Shown: positions 49,464-58,050 of the stretch, one piece after another
Layout of the letters: the number at the start of each line of letters is the position of its first letter
Numbering within the stretch: position 1 is the stretch's first letter
Source: a virus
Taxonomy: Duplodnaviria > Caudoviricetes
IMG/VR virus record: IMGVR_UViG_2597490202_000002
Span: 1 to 64,000 of that record
Direction: 5' to 3' (one strand)
Length of the DNA stretch: 64,000 nt
Notes under the pieces: generated by a model
Told to the model about the DNA's origin: nothing
What the model saw: the letters and a program-made list of their open reading frames with translations, nothing else
Databases searched by the model: none
Made by a program: the position numbers and the translations under genes

Positions 49464-50183
49464 TTAGTTAAGAATTCTACTTTGAGCAACTTCGATCAGT
49501 AGTTTGTATTCGTGATGGGTCTTGTCATCGTGGACTTCTTTTGATTTTGATAAAAACTCGTCCACCGTGCCTGTAAAGCAACCACGAGTAACAATTAACC
49601 CAAATTTTCCATTAAAGACCGTAAGCGTTCCATTTTCTGAGCCTACATTACTTGCCCAAAAAATCATTTTGCGTTCAGAGATAACTGCAAAAGATCTCAC
49701 CCGAGCATCACCGAACACCCGAGCGATATCGTACACCCGAGCATCACCGCACACCCCAGCGTTACCGTACACGCAAGCGTCACCGTACACCCGAGCATCA
49801 CCGAACACCCAAGCGTTACCGAACACCCAAGCCTTACCGTACACCCCAGCGTTACCGTACACGCAAGCGTTACCGAACACCCAAGCCTTACCGTACACCC
49901 GAGCATTACCGTACACCCGAGCATTACCGTACACCCAAGCATTATCGTACACCCCAGCGTTACCGTACACGCAAGCGTCACCGCACACCCGAGCATTATC
50001 GTACACCCAAGCATTACCGCTATGATCTAAATTCTTTTCGGTTTCGATATAACCGCCTAATTGGCCTGCTCCAACTAAACCAAATGTAATAAGTGCTTTA
50101 ATTCGATAGAGCGTTCTGCCTAAATGTTCTACTGTGTCATCTTTGAGTAGTTCGTATTTCTTTTGTGTAGTTTGTTCTGTCAT
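49464..50183 (-). CDS. Hexapeptide-repeat (left-handed beta-helix) phage protein
   Basis: LYRI.AL..FG.V..G..GG.I N-terminus, 18 GNAxVY-type repeats, V.RGCF.G C-terminus. Confidence 0.88.
   Translation of the reverse strand: MTEQTTQKKYELLKDDTVEHLGRTLYRIKALITFGLVGAGQLGGYIETEKNLDHSGNAWVYDNARVCGDACVYGNAGVYDNAWVYGNARVYGNARVYGKAWVFGNACVYGNAGVYGKAWVFGNAWVFGDARVYGDACVYGNAGVCGDARVYDIARVFGDARVRSFAVISERKMIFWASNVGSENGTLTVFNGKFGLIVTRGCFTGTVDEFLSKSKEVHDDKTHHEYKLLIEVAQSRILN
49695..50018. repeat. 18 x 18-bp coding tandem repeat
   Basis: Units such as CCGTACACCCGAGCATTA. Confidence 0.9.
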
Positions 50184-50221
50184 TTTTAATTTCCTTGCAA
50201 TAAAAAACCGCCTGTATTGCT

Positions 50222-50253
50222 ACAAGCGGTTGGTTTTCGTGAAAATGTTGCAA
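50222..50253 (+). other. Actinobacillus-type DNA uptake signal sequence (example)
   Basis: ACAAGCGGT core with downstream T-tract and TTGCAA; others near 52381-52414, 54537 and 58950-58985. Confidence 0.75.
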
Positions 50254-50402
50254 TAAAAAAGCCACCGTAAAAACGATGGCTTTTCTTAAAACTTCTTGAG
50301 TTTGTCAGTACACTAATCTATAATGCACTTGTTTTCAGCAATGGTGCTGAAAACGAGCTGGGTCCGACCTTAAATCTAACCCAACTTTTGGAGGGATAAC
50401 AT

Positions 50403-50462
50403 ATGCTTTACCGCATTATCCTAGTTATCATTCTCTTAGTAATTAGCTTGCCGGCTTACTAA
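50403..50462 (+). CDS. Ibs-like 19-aa toxin peptide MLYRIILVIILLVISLPAY (module C)
   Basis: GGAGG RBS; very close to the E. coli Ibs pattern. Confidence 0.85.
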   Translation: MLYRIILVIILLVISLPAY

Positions 50463-50526
50463 GTTGAATGAACTAAGCAGGGGGAGAAATCTCCCTGCTC
50501 TTCAAAACTGATATTAAGGATTTATT

Positions 50527-50715
50527 ATGGCATTGTCAAGAAGTGAGATTGTGGCTCGCAGTGATGCAAAAAAGGGGATGCAAGCCAAAACCTATAAACT
50601 TCCGCAAGCGTTGGTGGCTGAAATTGAGTTGTTAGCCAAACAGTGCGGTATCTCTCAAGGATTGTTAATTGCTCAAGCCGTTGAGCTGTTTAAGCAATCG
50701 CAGAAAGGGGCGTAA
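50527..50715 (+). CDS. RHH-like protein (module C)
   Basis: RSDAKKGMQAKTYKL. Confidence 0.75.
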   Translation: MALSRSEIVARSDAKKGMQAKTYKLPQALVAEIELLAKQCGISQGLLIAQAVELFKQSQKGA

Positions 50716-50756
50716 TGCCCTTTATTAAAACGCCCTCAAAACTAAGGGCGTTGCCA

Positions 50757-51371
50757 TTAATTCACTTTCAACGCCTTCAGCGTTTCAATAAATTGCGGAA
50801 TGTACTTATCAAAGGCTTTCATCAACACAGGATCGGGGTTTTCGGTGTGGATAAAAAGCGTTTGTTTTTGATATTCAGGGCAGTAGCTGACAAAATCCCA
50901 ACTGTCATAACCCGTAACCCATAAGGCGACTTGTACCTGTATGATGTACTCGCTGGGTACCACGCCCTCAATGATATATTTGATGTGGGTTTTCATTTTG
51001 GGGCATTTGATTTCTAAGCCTTTTCGTAAGGTTGGGATAAGTCCATCGGGGCTTACCATCATATCTTTGTCGGCATTGCGATATACACCACCAACCTGAA
51101 CAACATCATTGCCTGTGGCGAACTCATACGCCATTCTTGCTTGTTCTTCAAGCTGATTACCTCGCAACATATCGCTGGATTTAAAGCCTTCTGTTAAGCC
51201 CTCAATGCTTTCTGCGACCAGTTCGGCAAGGTAGCTTGTCCACGCACTTGATTTTTTACCGCTTGGGGTGACGATATTTGACACCCCTGTTGCAGTAGGA
51301 ATACCTAATCGTGCGGTGAGCCATTCTTCTGTGCCTTGCTCACAGTTGAGTGTGATTAGGTTTTCTATCAT
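50757..51371 (-). CDS. YqaJ/lambda-exonuclease family
   Basis: QGTEEWL..RLG, SPDGL, LEIKCP, QVQ. Confidence 0.92.
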   Translation of the reverse strand: MIENLITLNCEQGTEEWLTARLGIPTATGVSNIVTPSGKKSSAWTSYLAELVAESIEGLTEGFKSSDMLRGNQLEEQARMAYEFATGNDVVQVGGVYRNADKDMMVSPDGLIPTLRKGLEIKCPKMKTHIKYIIEGVVPSEYIIQVQVALWVTGYDSWDFVSYCPEYQKQTLFIHTENPDPVLMKAFDKYIPQFIETLKALKVN

Positions 51372-52234
51372 AACGGTATATTTTCCCCTAGGTTTTCGCT
51401 TTGTGCATGTGATTTATCAACACGCTCATTCAAGATTTTGATTAAATGTTCAGCTTTGTCTTTCGGTAGTTGATCAAGGCTGTTTACACCATAGTACGCA
51501 ATAGCTTTGGCGACATCGGTTTGTGTAATTTGGATAAGTTGATCGAGTTGTTGGCGTTGTTCATCAGTGATCCTAACAACGCCATCTACATCGATTACGG
51601 TTTGTTGTGGTGAAGCTGGATTAATAGGCTCTTCAGTTATCTCATCAGCAGTGATTACACCGCCCAATTCATCAGGAAATGCTTTACGCAATGCACCCGC
51701 TTCAGCACATTTAGCAAGCTGCCCTCGAGGGCGTTTCGTCCACATTGAATTAACTTTATATTTTCCTGTTCGTTGTTTGCCTTCCCATATTTCTGTTATT
51801 GCACAGGCTTCAGTAAAATACTCAGTATGAGAAAATGCACAGCGTTCACCATTAACAAAACGATAAACAGTTACTTTGCACCATTCAGGAGCATTCACAC
51901 CAAGATATTCTATAGTATCGCCAAATACAGGATCATCTTGCCCTGCCATTTGCCTGGTACGAAATGCTGTAATTCGTTGTTCATAAATACCCGGCATAAT
52001 TACATCACGCCATTTTTTTTCTCCTGTTTTTGCATCCGTTACGCTCATTGGCACAATATGACAAGGTTTCTTGAGAATATCCATTTTACGAGCCTTGCAA
52101 TAATCAATCGCAAGTAAAATACTTTCGTCTTTCGCACCAGGGAAAATGCTGTTTTGTAATGTACTCCATACTGCGTGGTCTATGCCACGTTCAGAAAGTG
52201 CGGTTTGAATGTTGGATGGTAAGTTTGTTGTCAT
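51368..52234 (-). CDS. bet: RecT/Bet single-strand annealing protein
   Basis: YCKAR.MD..KKP, W...P..QL.KCAEA.ALRKAFP. Confidence 0.92.
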   Translation of the reverse strand: MTTNLPSNIQTALSERGIDHAVWSTLQNSIFPGAKDESILLAIDYCKARKMDILKKPCHIVPMSVTDAKTGEKKWRDVIMPGIYEQRITAFRTRQMAGQDDPVFGDTIEYLGVNAPEWCKVTVYRFVNGERCAFSHTEYFTEACAITEIWEGKQRTGKYKVNSMWTKRPRGQLAKCAEAGALRKAFPDELGGVITADEITEEPINPASPQQTVIDVDGVVRITDEQRQQLDQLIQITQTDVAKAIAYYGVNSLDQLPKDKAEHLIKILNERVDKSHAQSENLGENIPL

Positions 52235-52243
52235 AATTTATCC

Positions 52244-53176
52244 TTATTTTGCTTTATTAAGTGAAACACAATCCCCAAACTTCGCTTTAAGCTCACGAGC
52301 AATATTAACAGCTTGGGATTGAATGGTTTGATTTAATCGAATGGTTATCACAAAATCCCCTAAAGGCTCTGTGGTTTCCGTTTTTGCAAAATCCTGTGGA
52401 TTTTCGACCGCTTGTTGCTGTGCCATTTCATCTGCAATAGCTTTTGCCTCCGCTTGAACTTTTTCCGCCTCAGCTTTTGCTTTAGCCTCTTGTTCTGCCT
52501 TGGCTTTAATTTCCGCCTCTCTCTGTTCTTCTTCGGCAATGCGTTGCTGAATGATTGGCTCTAACTCATCATCTCCTGCAATCAACATTAACCAGTCTTT
52601 AAACAGGTATTCGTAATGAATTGGAATGAGCTTTCTGCGTGCAGAAATTCGAGCTGCCTCTGCTCCGATTTCTGCGGTAATGGCGGTTTCTTCGGCGTTC
52701 ACCGCACTTGTTAAAGTTGCCAGTGTACTTCTACGTTTAGTCGCATCTTCAAGGCGTTTTTTGATATTTTCCTTTGGAATATTACGCTCAAGGGCAAGCG
52801 ATACATCGCTTTCGTGACTGCCTTTGATTGTTAAAATTCGTTCAAAGGCTTGAGAGATAATACTTTCTTTAATCTCTGCTTTTCGGTTTTTGACCACTTT
52901 TTCACGGTTTAAACGTTCTTGTCTGAAACGTTCAGCGATTTGTTCTGCTGTCGAAATTAACTCTGCGATTTCTCCGCTATGCGTTTGTTCAATCGCTGTG
53001 CGGATTTTATCTTCAATTTCTTTAAGCTCTTTCACTTCGCTATCTGCCTTAGCAAAATCGTCATCGGTTTCAAAGGTGGTCGTGAGCGTTGCAAGGTAGG
53101 CGTTAGCTTGTTCTTCAAAGGTTTTGATGTTGGTTGAAAGGACTTTGCTTTCGGTGGATAGAATTAGGTCTAGCAT
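52244..53176 (-). CDS. Coiled-coil phage protein (DUF1351-like)
   Basis: TDDDFA.A motif; precedes bet. Confidence 0.65.
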   Translation of the reverse strand: MLDLILSTESKVLSTNIKTFEEQANAYLATLTTTFETDDDFAKADSEVKELKEIEDKIRTAIEQTHSGEIAELISTAEQIAERFRQERLNREKVVKNRKAEIKESIISQAFERILTIKGSHESDVSLALERNIPKENIKKRLEDATKRRSTLATLTSAVNAEETAITAEIGAEAARISARRKLIPIHYEYLFKDWLMLIAGDDELEPIIQQRIAEEEQREAEIKAKAEQEAKAKAEAEKVQAEAKAIADEMAQQQAVENPQDFAKTETTEPLGDFVITIRLNQTIQSQAVNIARELKAKFGDCVSLNKAK

Positions 53177-53190
53177 TTTAAAATCTCTCT

Positions 53191-53328
53191 TTAGTCAATA
53201 AAATGATTAATATCAGGGTCTTTACAAGCTTTTGCATAACGTTTCCAGACGGGCAAGTCTGTGTCATCGTCATCATCCCTGTCGTATTCGTAATTTTCTT
53301 TTGCGATAGCTCGTTCAAGGTCGTCCAT
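53191..53328 (-). CDS. Small acidic protein (45 aa)
   Basis: AGGAG RBS; MDDLER..DRDDDDD. Confidence 0.5.
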   Translation of the reverse strand: MDDLERAIAKENYEYDRDDDDDTDLPVWKRYAKACKDPDINHFID

Positions 53329-53854
53329 TCTGTTGCTCCTGTGTTTTCTTCACCATTTCCGCTAATGCTCCGAACATCTGCGGTTCAAGTACAATCGTGT
53401 TGGCGTTGGCTCTTCTGTCTAGCATTAGGCGGACATTGCCGTTTTTATCTACGAGATAGCCATTTAAGCCGTAAGGGGTAAATGGTTTTCGTTTGGGCTG
53501 TGATGGCTTCGGCTTCGGCTCAACTTGTTCTGTTGGTGCTGTTTCAATCTCAACTTGTTCTGTTGGTGCTGTTTGCTCAACCTGCTCCGCTTCGATAATT
53601 GTTCCTTTTAGCCCAACTTTTTTAGTTTGCTCAATTACAATCGGGATATGCCCTTTGATTTCAGGGTAGTGAGGGATAGCTCTTTTACCGACTAAGCCTT
53701 TTTGACTGTTATATCTATCAATGGCTTTGTTTAAATTTCGGATAGCAAGAATTTCCGATGTCATTGGTACGCCTTGAAACTCTAGATGTTTATCCACCCA
53801 CATTTCACCGAAGTATTTTTTATTTGGGTTTTGTAAAATTTGAAGTTTGATCAT
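53315..53854 (-). CDS. Hypothetical phage protein with duplicated TAPTEQVE
   Basis: ORF with an internal direct repeat. Confidence 0.7.
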   Translation of the reverse strand: MIKLQILQNPNKKYFGEMWVDKHLEFQGVPMTSEILAIRNLNKAIDRYNSQKGLVGKRAIPHYPEIKGHIPIVIEQTKKVGLKGTIIEAEQVEQTAPTEQVEIETAPTEQVEPKPKPSQPKRKPFTPYGLNGYLVDKNGNVRLMLDRRANANTIVLEPQMFGALAEMVKKTQEQQNGRP

Positions 53855-54171
53855 CTTTTTGCTCCTACAATCAGTTTGTTAAGTTGGTTTTGGTTATGTT
53901 GTTTAATCAGCTTCACATCTTCACCTGTAACGTTATCAGGCGGTGGAAGATGTAGAGCTAATGCGTTGTAATTTACCTCTTCAGGGGTGATTTCAGCTTG
54001 TTTGAAGTCATCTTCCGTCCAAATCTTTTCTGCTTGGAAATTGCTTTCTACGGGCAGAGTAGAGACAAGCTCAGGCTCTTCACAGCCAGTTAAACTTCCG
54101 CCTGTCACAAAGGCGATAAGCAAGGCACCGAGTAGGTATTTCAGGTTGAGTTTTTTGATAAGTGTCTTCAT
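53851..54171 (-). CDS. Putative lipoprotein
   Basis: Signal peptide with LTGC lipobox. Confidence 0.7.
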   Translation of the reverse strand: MKTLIKKLNLKYLLGALLIAFVTGGSLTGCEEPELVSTLPVESNFQAEKIWTEDDFKQAEITPEEVNYNALALHLPPPDNVTGEDVKLIKQHNQNQLNKLIVGAKR

Positions 54172-54253
54172 TTTTTATTCCTTTTGTTGAATTTTGGGTG
54201 TGAGAAACCACCGCAGGCTTTCGGGGAAAGTGCGGTGGGGTTGGGTTTTGGGT

Positions 54254-54898
54254 TTAATTAAGTTTTAATCGTGATTTGATACGCTCAAATTCAATCGGGT
54301 TACTTTCCTTAAACGGTTCGATAAGGCGTTTAAGGATTGGTAAGTTTTCATCAATGAGGCGTTTGTACTCTCGATGATGGCTGTACACCGCAGGGTGGAA
54401 GTTTGAGCCGATGGCTGCTAGGGGTTGTTCGAGTTCGCCTAGTAGGTCGTTCATATTGCGGTGTGAGATAAGTAACCAAACGAGGCTGTAGATTTCCGCA
54501 CCGGTAAACGATGCCGGATAGCGGACTTCGGGTTTTACAAGCGGTTGGTTTTGTTGTTCATTTTGCAAAATTTCACGGTCGAGAATATCCAGCACCCATT
54601 TGCGGAACTCTTTGGCGACTTTGGTTCGGGCGAACATTGCGATTAGGTGACAACCACGCAGACTGAAAATTCTCTGCTCAATTTGGCGGTTAGAACCGTT
54701 AATGCCATTCGTAGTCAAATTGACTACGGTTGTCATATCGGCAGTAAATTCATCAGCATTTCTTTCATAAATTTTAGCAATAGAATTAGTATGTTGATAT
54801 TGTAAAGCTAATGCTAAATCACTTGATGAAATATAAGTTTGGTTGTTACGTTGGATCGCAGTTAATGCTACGTTTTGGAAAGTAAGTTGATTTGACAT
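54254..54898 (-). CDS. BRO-N-like / P22 Ant-C antirepressor
   Basis: N-domain homologous to 1187-1789; different C-domain. Confidence 0.85.
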   Translation of the reverse strand: MSNQLTFQNVALTAIQRNNQTYISSSDLALALQYQHTNSIAKIYERNADEFTADMTTVVNLTTNGINGSNRQIEQRIFSLRGCHLIAMFARTKVAKEFRKWVLDILDREILQNEQQNQPLVKPEVRYPASFTGAEIYSLVWLLISHRNMNDLLGELEQPLAAIGSNFHPAVYSHHREYKRLIDENLPILKRLIEPFKESNPIEFERIKSRLKLN

Positions 54899-54942
54899 AA
54901 TTTTGTACCTTTCGTTTTAGTTCAGTAGTCGATCACTTAGTA

Positions 54943-55026
54943 GGTGATCGGGCTTCAACTACCAACGAAAGATGGCGGAGCTTATTTCCACAAGGGTATT
55001 GTATTAGGCTCTCTCGACCCGATCAT
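54943..55026 (-). ncRNA. c4/CI-like antisense RNA #4
   Basis: Same scaffold as #3; loop CTTTCGTT is complementary to AACGAAAG in the leader and at the RBS. Confidence 0.8.
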
Positions 55027-55146
55027 AACTGATCGCTACCTAAATTTTAGGTACAAAAAAAACCGCTTTGTATCGGAGCGAGTAACCGACTTTCGTTGTG
55101 TAGTGCGGTTATCTTAATCCGAAGTAGCGGTTTTTGTCAATGGGAT

Positions 55147-55860
55147 TTACTCTGTTTCCGAGATTTTAAATTGAACAGCAACGAGAGAGTAATCATCAAT
55201 AGGTGATTTCTCTATTCTTTTTTGTAAGGTTGCTGAAAATTTCACAATGCTATTCATCGTTTTTTCAGAGAAGCGTGGGCGATGTTCCCAAAAATGATGA
55301 GCACCGTCTGACATAATGTAGATGGAGACCTCATTATTCTCATCCTTAATTTCTGACATCGGAATAAAGAATTCATCTGGTTTCATTTCGACTTGTGTAG
55401 AAATTGCCGTGGTGATGACATTTTTTCCTGATAGCTCTTTTAATTCTTTCTTTGTATAGATTTTTTCATCAAATAACTTTTGATGAGTTGTGTGATCTTT
55501 CGTTTTTTGGCGAAGTTTATTACCTTGCTTTATATATAGACGACAGTCACCAATATGCCCTATGCACAATCCTTCTTGTGTTAAATAACCAAATGTTAAG
55601 GTTGTAGATGCTTGGTTATATTCTGGGTCAAGTTTTTTAATTTCAGCCAAACTAGCGGAAAATACATTATTGTAAGCTAGTTCTAGGTTTTTGATCGCGA
55701 TTCTGGAGGCAATTTCTCCGCCTTTGTATCCTCCAACACCATCAGCCACTGCAAATAAGTAACCGTTATTGTGTTTAGTGCAAGATAGAATATGATCTTG
55801 ATTTTGCCGTATTTGTTCTTTTGGAAAAGAGAATGATGCACTAGCAATTAAGTTAATCAT
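55147..55860 (-). CDS. PP2C-family Ser/Thr phosphatase
   Basis: NQD, VADGVGG..GGE.AS, HIGDCR, SDG, DD.S. Confidence 0.93.
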   Translation of the reverse strand: MINLIASASFSFPKEQIRQNQDHILSCTKHNNGYLFAVADGVGGYKGGEIASRIAIKNLELAYNNVFSASLAEIKKLDPEYNQASTTLTFGYLTQEGLCIGHIGDCRLYIKQGNKLRQKTKDHTTHQKLFDEKIYTKKELKELSGKNVITTAISTQVEMKPDEFFIPMSEIKDENNEVSIYIMSDGAHHFWEHRPRFSEKTMNSIVKFSATLQKRIEKSPIDDYSLVAVQFKISETE

Positions 55861-55864
55861 TGAA

Positions 55865-56623
55865 TTATTCCCCCATCAAATGATTTATATCATTAATAAT
55901 TTCTTGCACTGACATATACCTATCTTTAGGTTTTCTAGCTGTACATTTTTGCATGATTTTATCATATTTAGAGTCTAGCTGTAATTCTTCCATTACAACA
56001 CCGATAGCAAAAATATCAGATTGTATTGAATAATCACCGCCACTTAAAATTTCTGGCGACATATACTGTGATGTCCCCATTTTTTGTCCAATTTGCGTAA
56101 GAGCAGTAGATGCACTATTTAGATTTTTGATTAATCCAAAATCTGAGAGCTTATATTCTCCATTTGGATATTTTAGAATGTTTTCAGGTTTTATATCTCT
56201 GTGAAGGAACCCTTTTTTATGGAGATAATTCAGTCCAGATAGCACCATTTTCAATATATTCAATTTGTCTGAATAACTAAGTCTTTGAGAACTATCCAAA
56301 TAGCTGTTTTTCTCAAGCGTATCTGCTAAACTTTCTTCTGCAAGTTCCATAATAAACCAAGGCTGTTCTCCAAGAGAATACATACAAATATGGACAATAT
56401 TACTATGAAAACATTCTGCTTGATATATTACTTCTCTCTTGAAACGTTCTTTATATTCATCAAGTTCTTGTGAATTTTGTACTCTAGGTGAAAAATGCTT
56501 TCGTGCGAATTCTTTAGATATTGTTTTTGATTTATTATAGACGGCAACTCTTTCTACCGTTCCAAAACTACCATTACCAATTTTATCGACAGGCTTTATC
56601 CAATAATTTCTAAATTCTTCCAT
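55865..56623 (-). CDS. Hanks-type Ser/Thr kinase
   Basis: IGNGSFG.V, HRDIKPEN, DFG, GT..YMSPE, SDIFAIG. Confidence 0.95.
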   Translation of the reverse strand: MEEFRNYWIKPVDKIGNGSFGTVERVAVYNKSKTISKEFARKHFSPRVQNSQELDEYKERFKREVIYQAECFHSNIVHICMYSLGEQPWFIMELAEESLADTLEKNSYLDSSQRLSYSDKLNILKMVLSGLNYLHKKGFLHRDIKPENILKYPNGEYKLSDFGLIKNLNSASTALTQIGQKMGTSQYMSPEILSGGDYSIQSDIFAIGVVMEELQLDSKYDKIMQKCTARKPKDRYMSVQEIINDINHLMGE

Positions 56624-56755
56624 ACGTTTTCCTTCAGAGCAGATACAAAAAAAGCCGTTGGTAGACGGCTTGAAAGTACAGTTATCTTAATCCGAATGGG
56701 CCGTAGGCGTCAATCCCACAGACTGAAATCCCCTTGTTTAGCGGGTGATTTTTCG

Positions 56756-57397
56756 TTAAGCCCAAAGCAATTCAGCCAATCGCACTTTTTCTTTAAATTC
56801 ATTGACGGATTTTTTAGCGTACGTCAATGAATAAGAATGTTCTCGTTTTTCAGGGAATTTTTTTAGGTCCGAATGTTTGTCTTCTGCCTCTTTTAGCTTA
56901 TGTTTGAAATACTCAAGACTTTCAGGCATGGATAAATCAATTTTTTCAGCCATGGATTCCCAGTATGCAATTTTATCGGCATAACTTTCGGCTTTTTTCA
57001 TTTCTTCAACAGCCTTATCCATTCTTTTAGCATTACGTTCAATCAAAGCTCTGTGTCGTTTTTCGCTGTGATGTCCGATTTTTATTGGCTCAGCAAGACT
57101 TAAAAAGTCACGCCCCTCATTAGCCGCCTCACAATATTGATTACTGCGTTTTGCGGCGTTATCAGCATATTCTTGATAACGTTGTGCTTTCGCTGTGGCT
57201 CGAGCTTGACTATCCAACCCATCACAACGCACAAAAGAGTAAAAATAAAATCCCCCTTGTTGTTTAACGAGGTTGTGTATTTCAACCTCTGTTTCATTGC
57301 CGTATTTACTTGTCACGGTAATAATTTCGTTCTTTTCGTGCTGCTCTTGGCATTTTGCTAAAAATACGTTTGGGCAGAACTTTGCATATGTATTCAT
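56756..57397 (-). CDS. DUF3560-domain protein
   Basis: EPIKIGHHSEKRHR. Confidence 0.88.
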   Translation of the reverse strand: MNTYAKFCPNVFLAKCQEQHEKNEIITVTSKYGNETEVEIHNLVKQQGGFYFYSFVRCDGLDSQARATAKAQRYQEYADNAAKRSNQYCEAANEGRDFLSLAEPIKIGHHSEKRHRALIERNAKRMDKAVEEMKKAESYADKIAYWESMAEKIDLSMPESLEYFKHKLKEAEDKHSDLKKFPEKREHSYSLTYAKKSVNEFKEKVRLAELLWA

Positions 57398-57574
57398 TTT
57401 TTTACCTCAAAAAAACACCCACCTGTTACAGTGGGCTAACGTAGCGGATCATCATTATGATTACGGGTGTTTTAAGTGCTTACCGCATACACTTTTGTTT
57501 GTTGCCATTCAGAACCGCTCTCCAAGACAATCAAGGAGAAAATTGTCTAGTGTTAGCAAGAGAACGGTTTTGAA

Positions 57575-57651
57575 TGGCGACCGCAGAGAGACTCGAACTC
57601 TCAACCTACTGCTTAGAAGGCAGTTGCTCTATCCGATTGAGCTATGCGGTC
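57575..57651 (-). tRNA. tRNA-Arg(UCU)
   Basis: Cloverleaf GACCGCA..TGCGGTC-GCCA, D-loop TAGCTCAATCGGA, anticodon loop CTTCTAA, GTTCGA. Confidence 0.95.
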
Positions 57652-57814
57652 GATTTTACTTGCGTTTGTGCTACCTGATTCACTGCCAGTGCTTAACCTT
57701 TCCACAAGTAATCACACCGCTTGAGCTATGGCTTTCACATAGCTTGTTGATACCATCTCACCTTTGGCAAGCGGTGCGTTTTTGTCTAAATTGTGTCGAG
57801 ATGAAATAATGGAA

Positions 57815-58036
57815 TTAGCCGCCTTTTTGGAGTAATCTACGCATTAACCTTGCTATTTTTGAAAGCGGGTTTTCAGGGATATATACTGAAAGATGTATCT
57901 CGCCATCAACGGTCGCTTGGGACATTGCTTTGACTTTTTCTTGCGCCTCTTCAAATGAGTTGGCATAAACTTCTGTTGCCCACTTCTTTCCGCCGAAGCT
58001 ATAAGAAACAGCATAGCATTTCATTTTTTCTTGCAT
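57815..58036 (-). CDS. Conserved hypothetical phage protein (copy 2)
   Basis: One amino acid different from 3748-3969. Confidence 0.75.
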   Translation of the reverse strand: MQEKMKCYAVSYSFGGKKWATEVYANSFEEAQEKVKAMSQATVDGEIHLSVYIPENPLSKIARLMRRLLQKGG

Positions 58037-58050
58037 AAGGAGTTACCTCT

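Noticed and set aside
49522-50025. Long alternative-frame ORFs (167 aa plus strand, 105 aa minus strand)
   Set aside because: By-products of the stop-free 18-bp repeat.
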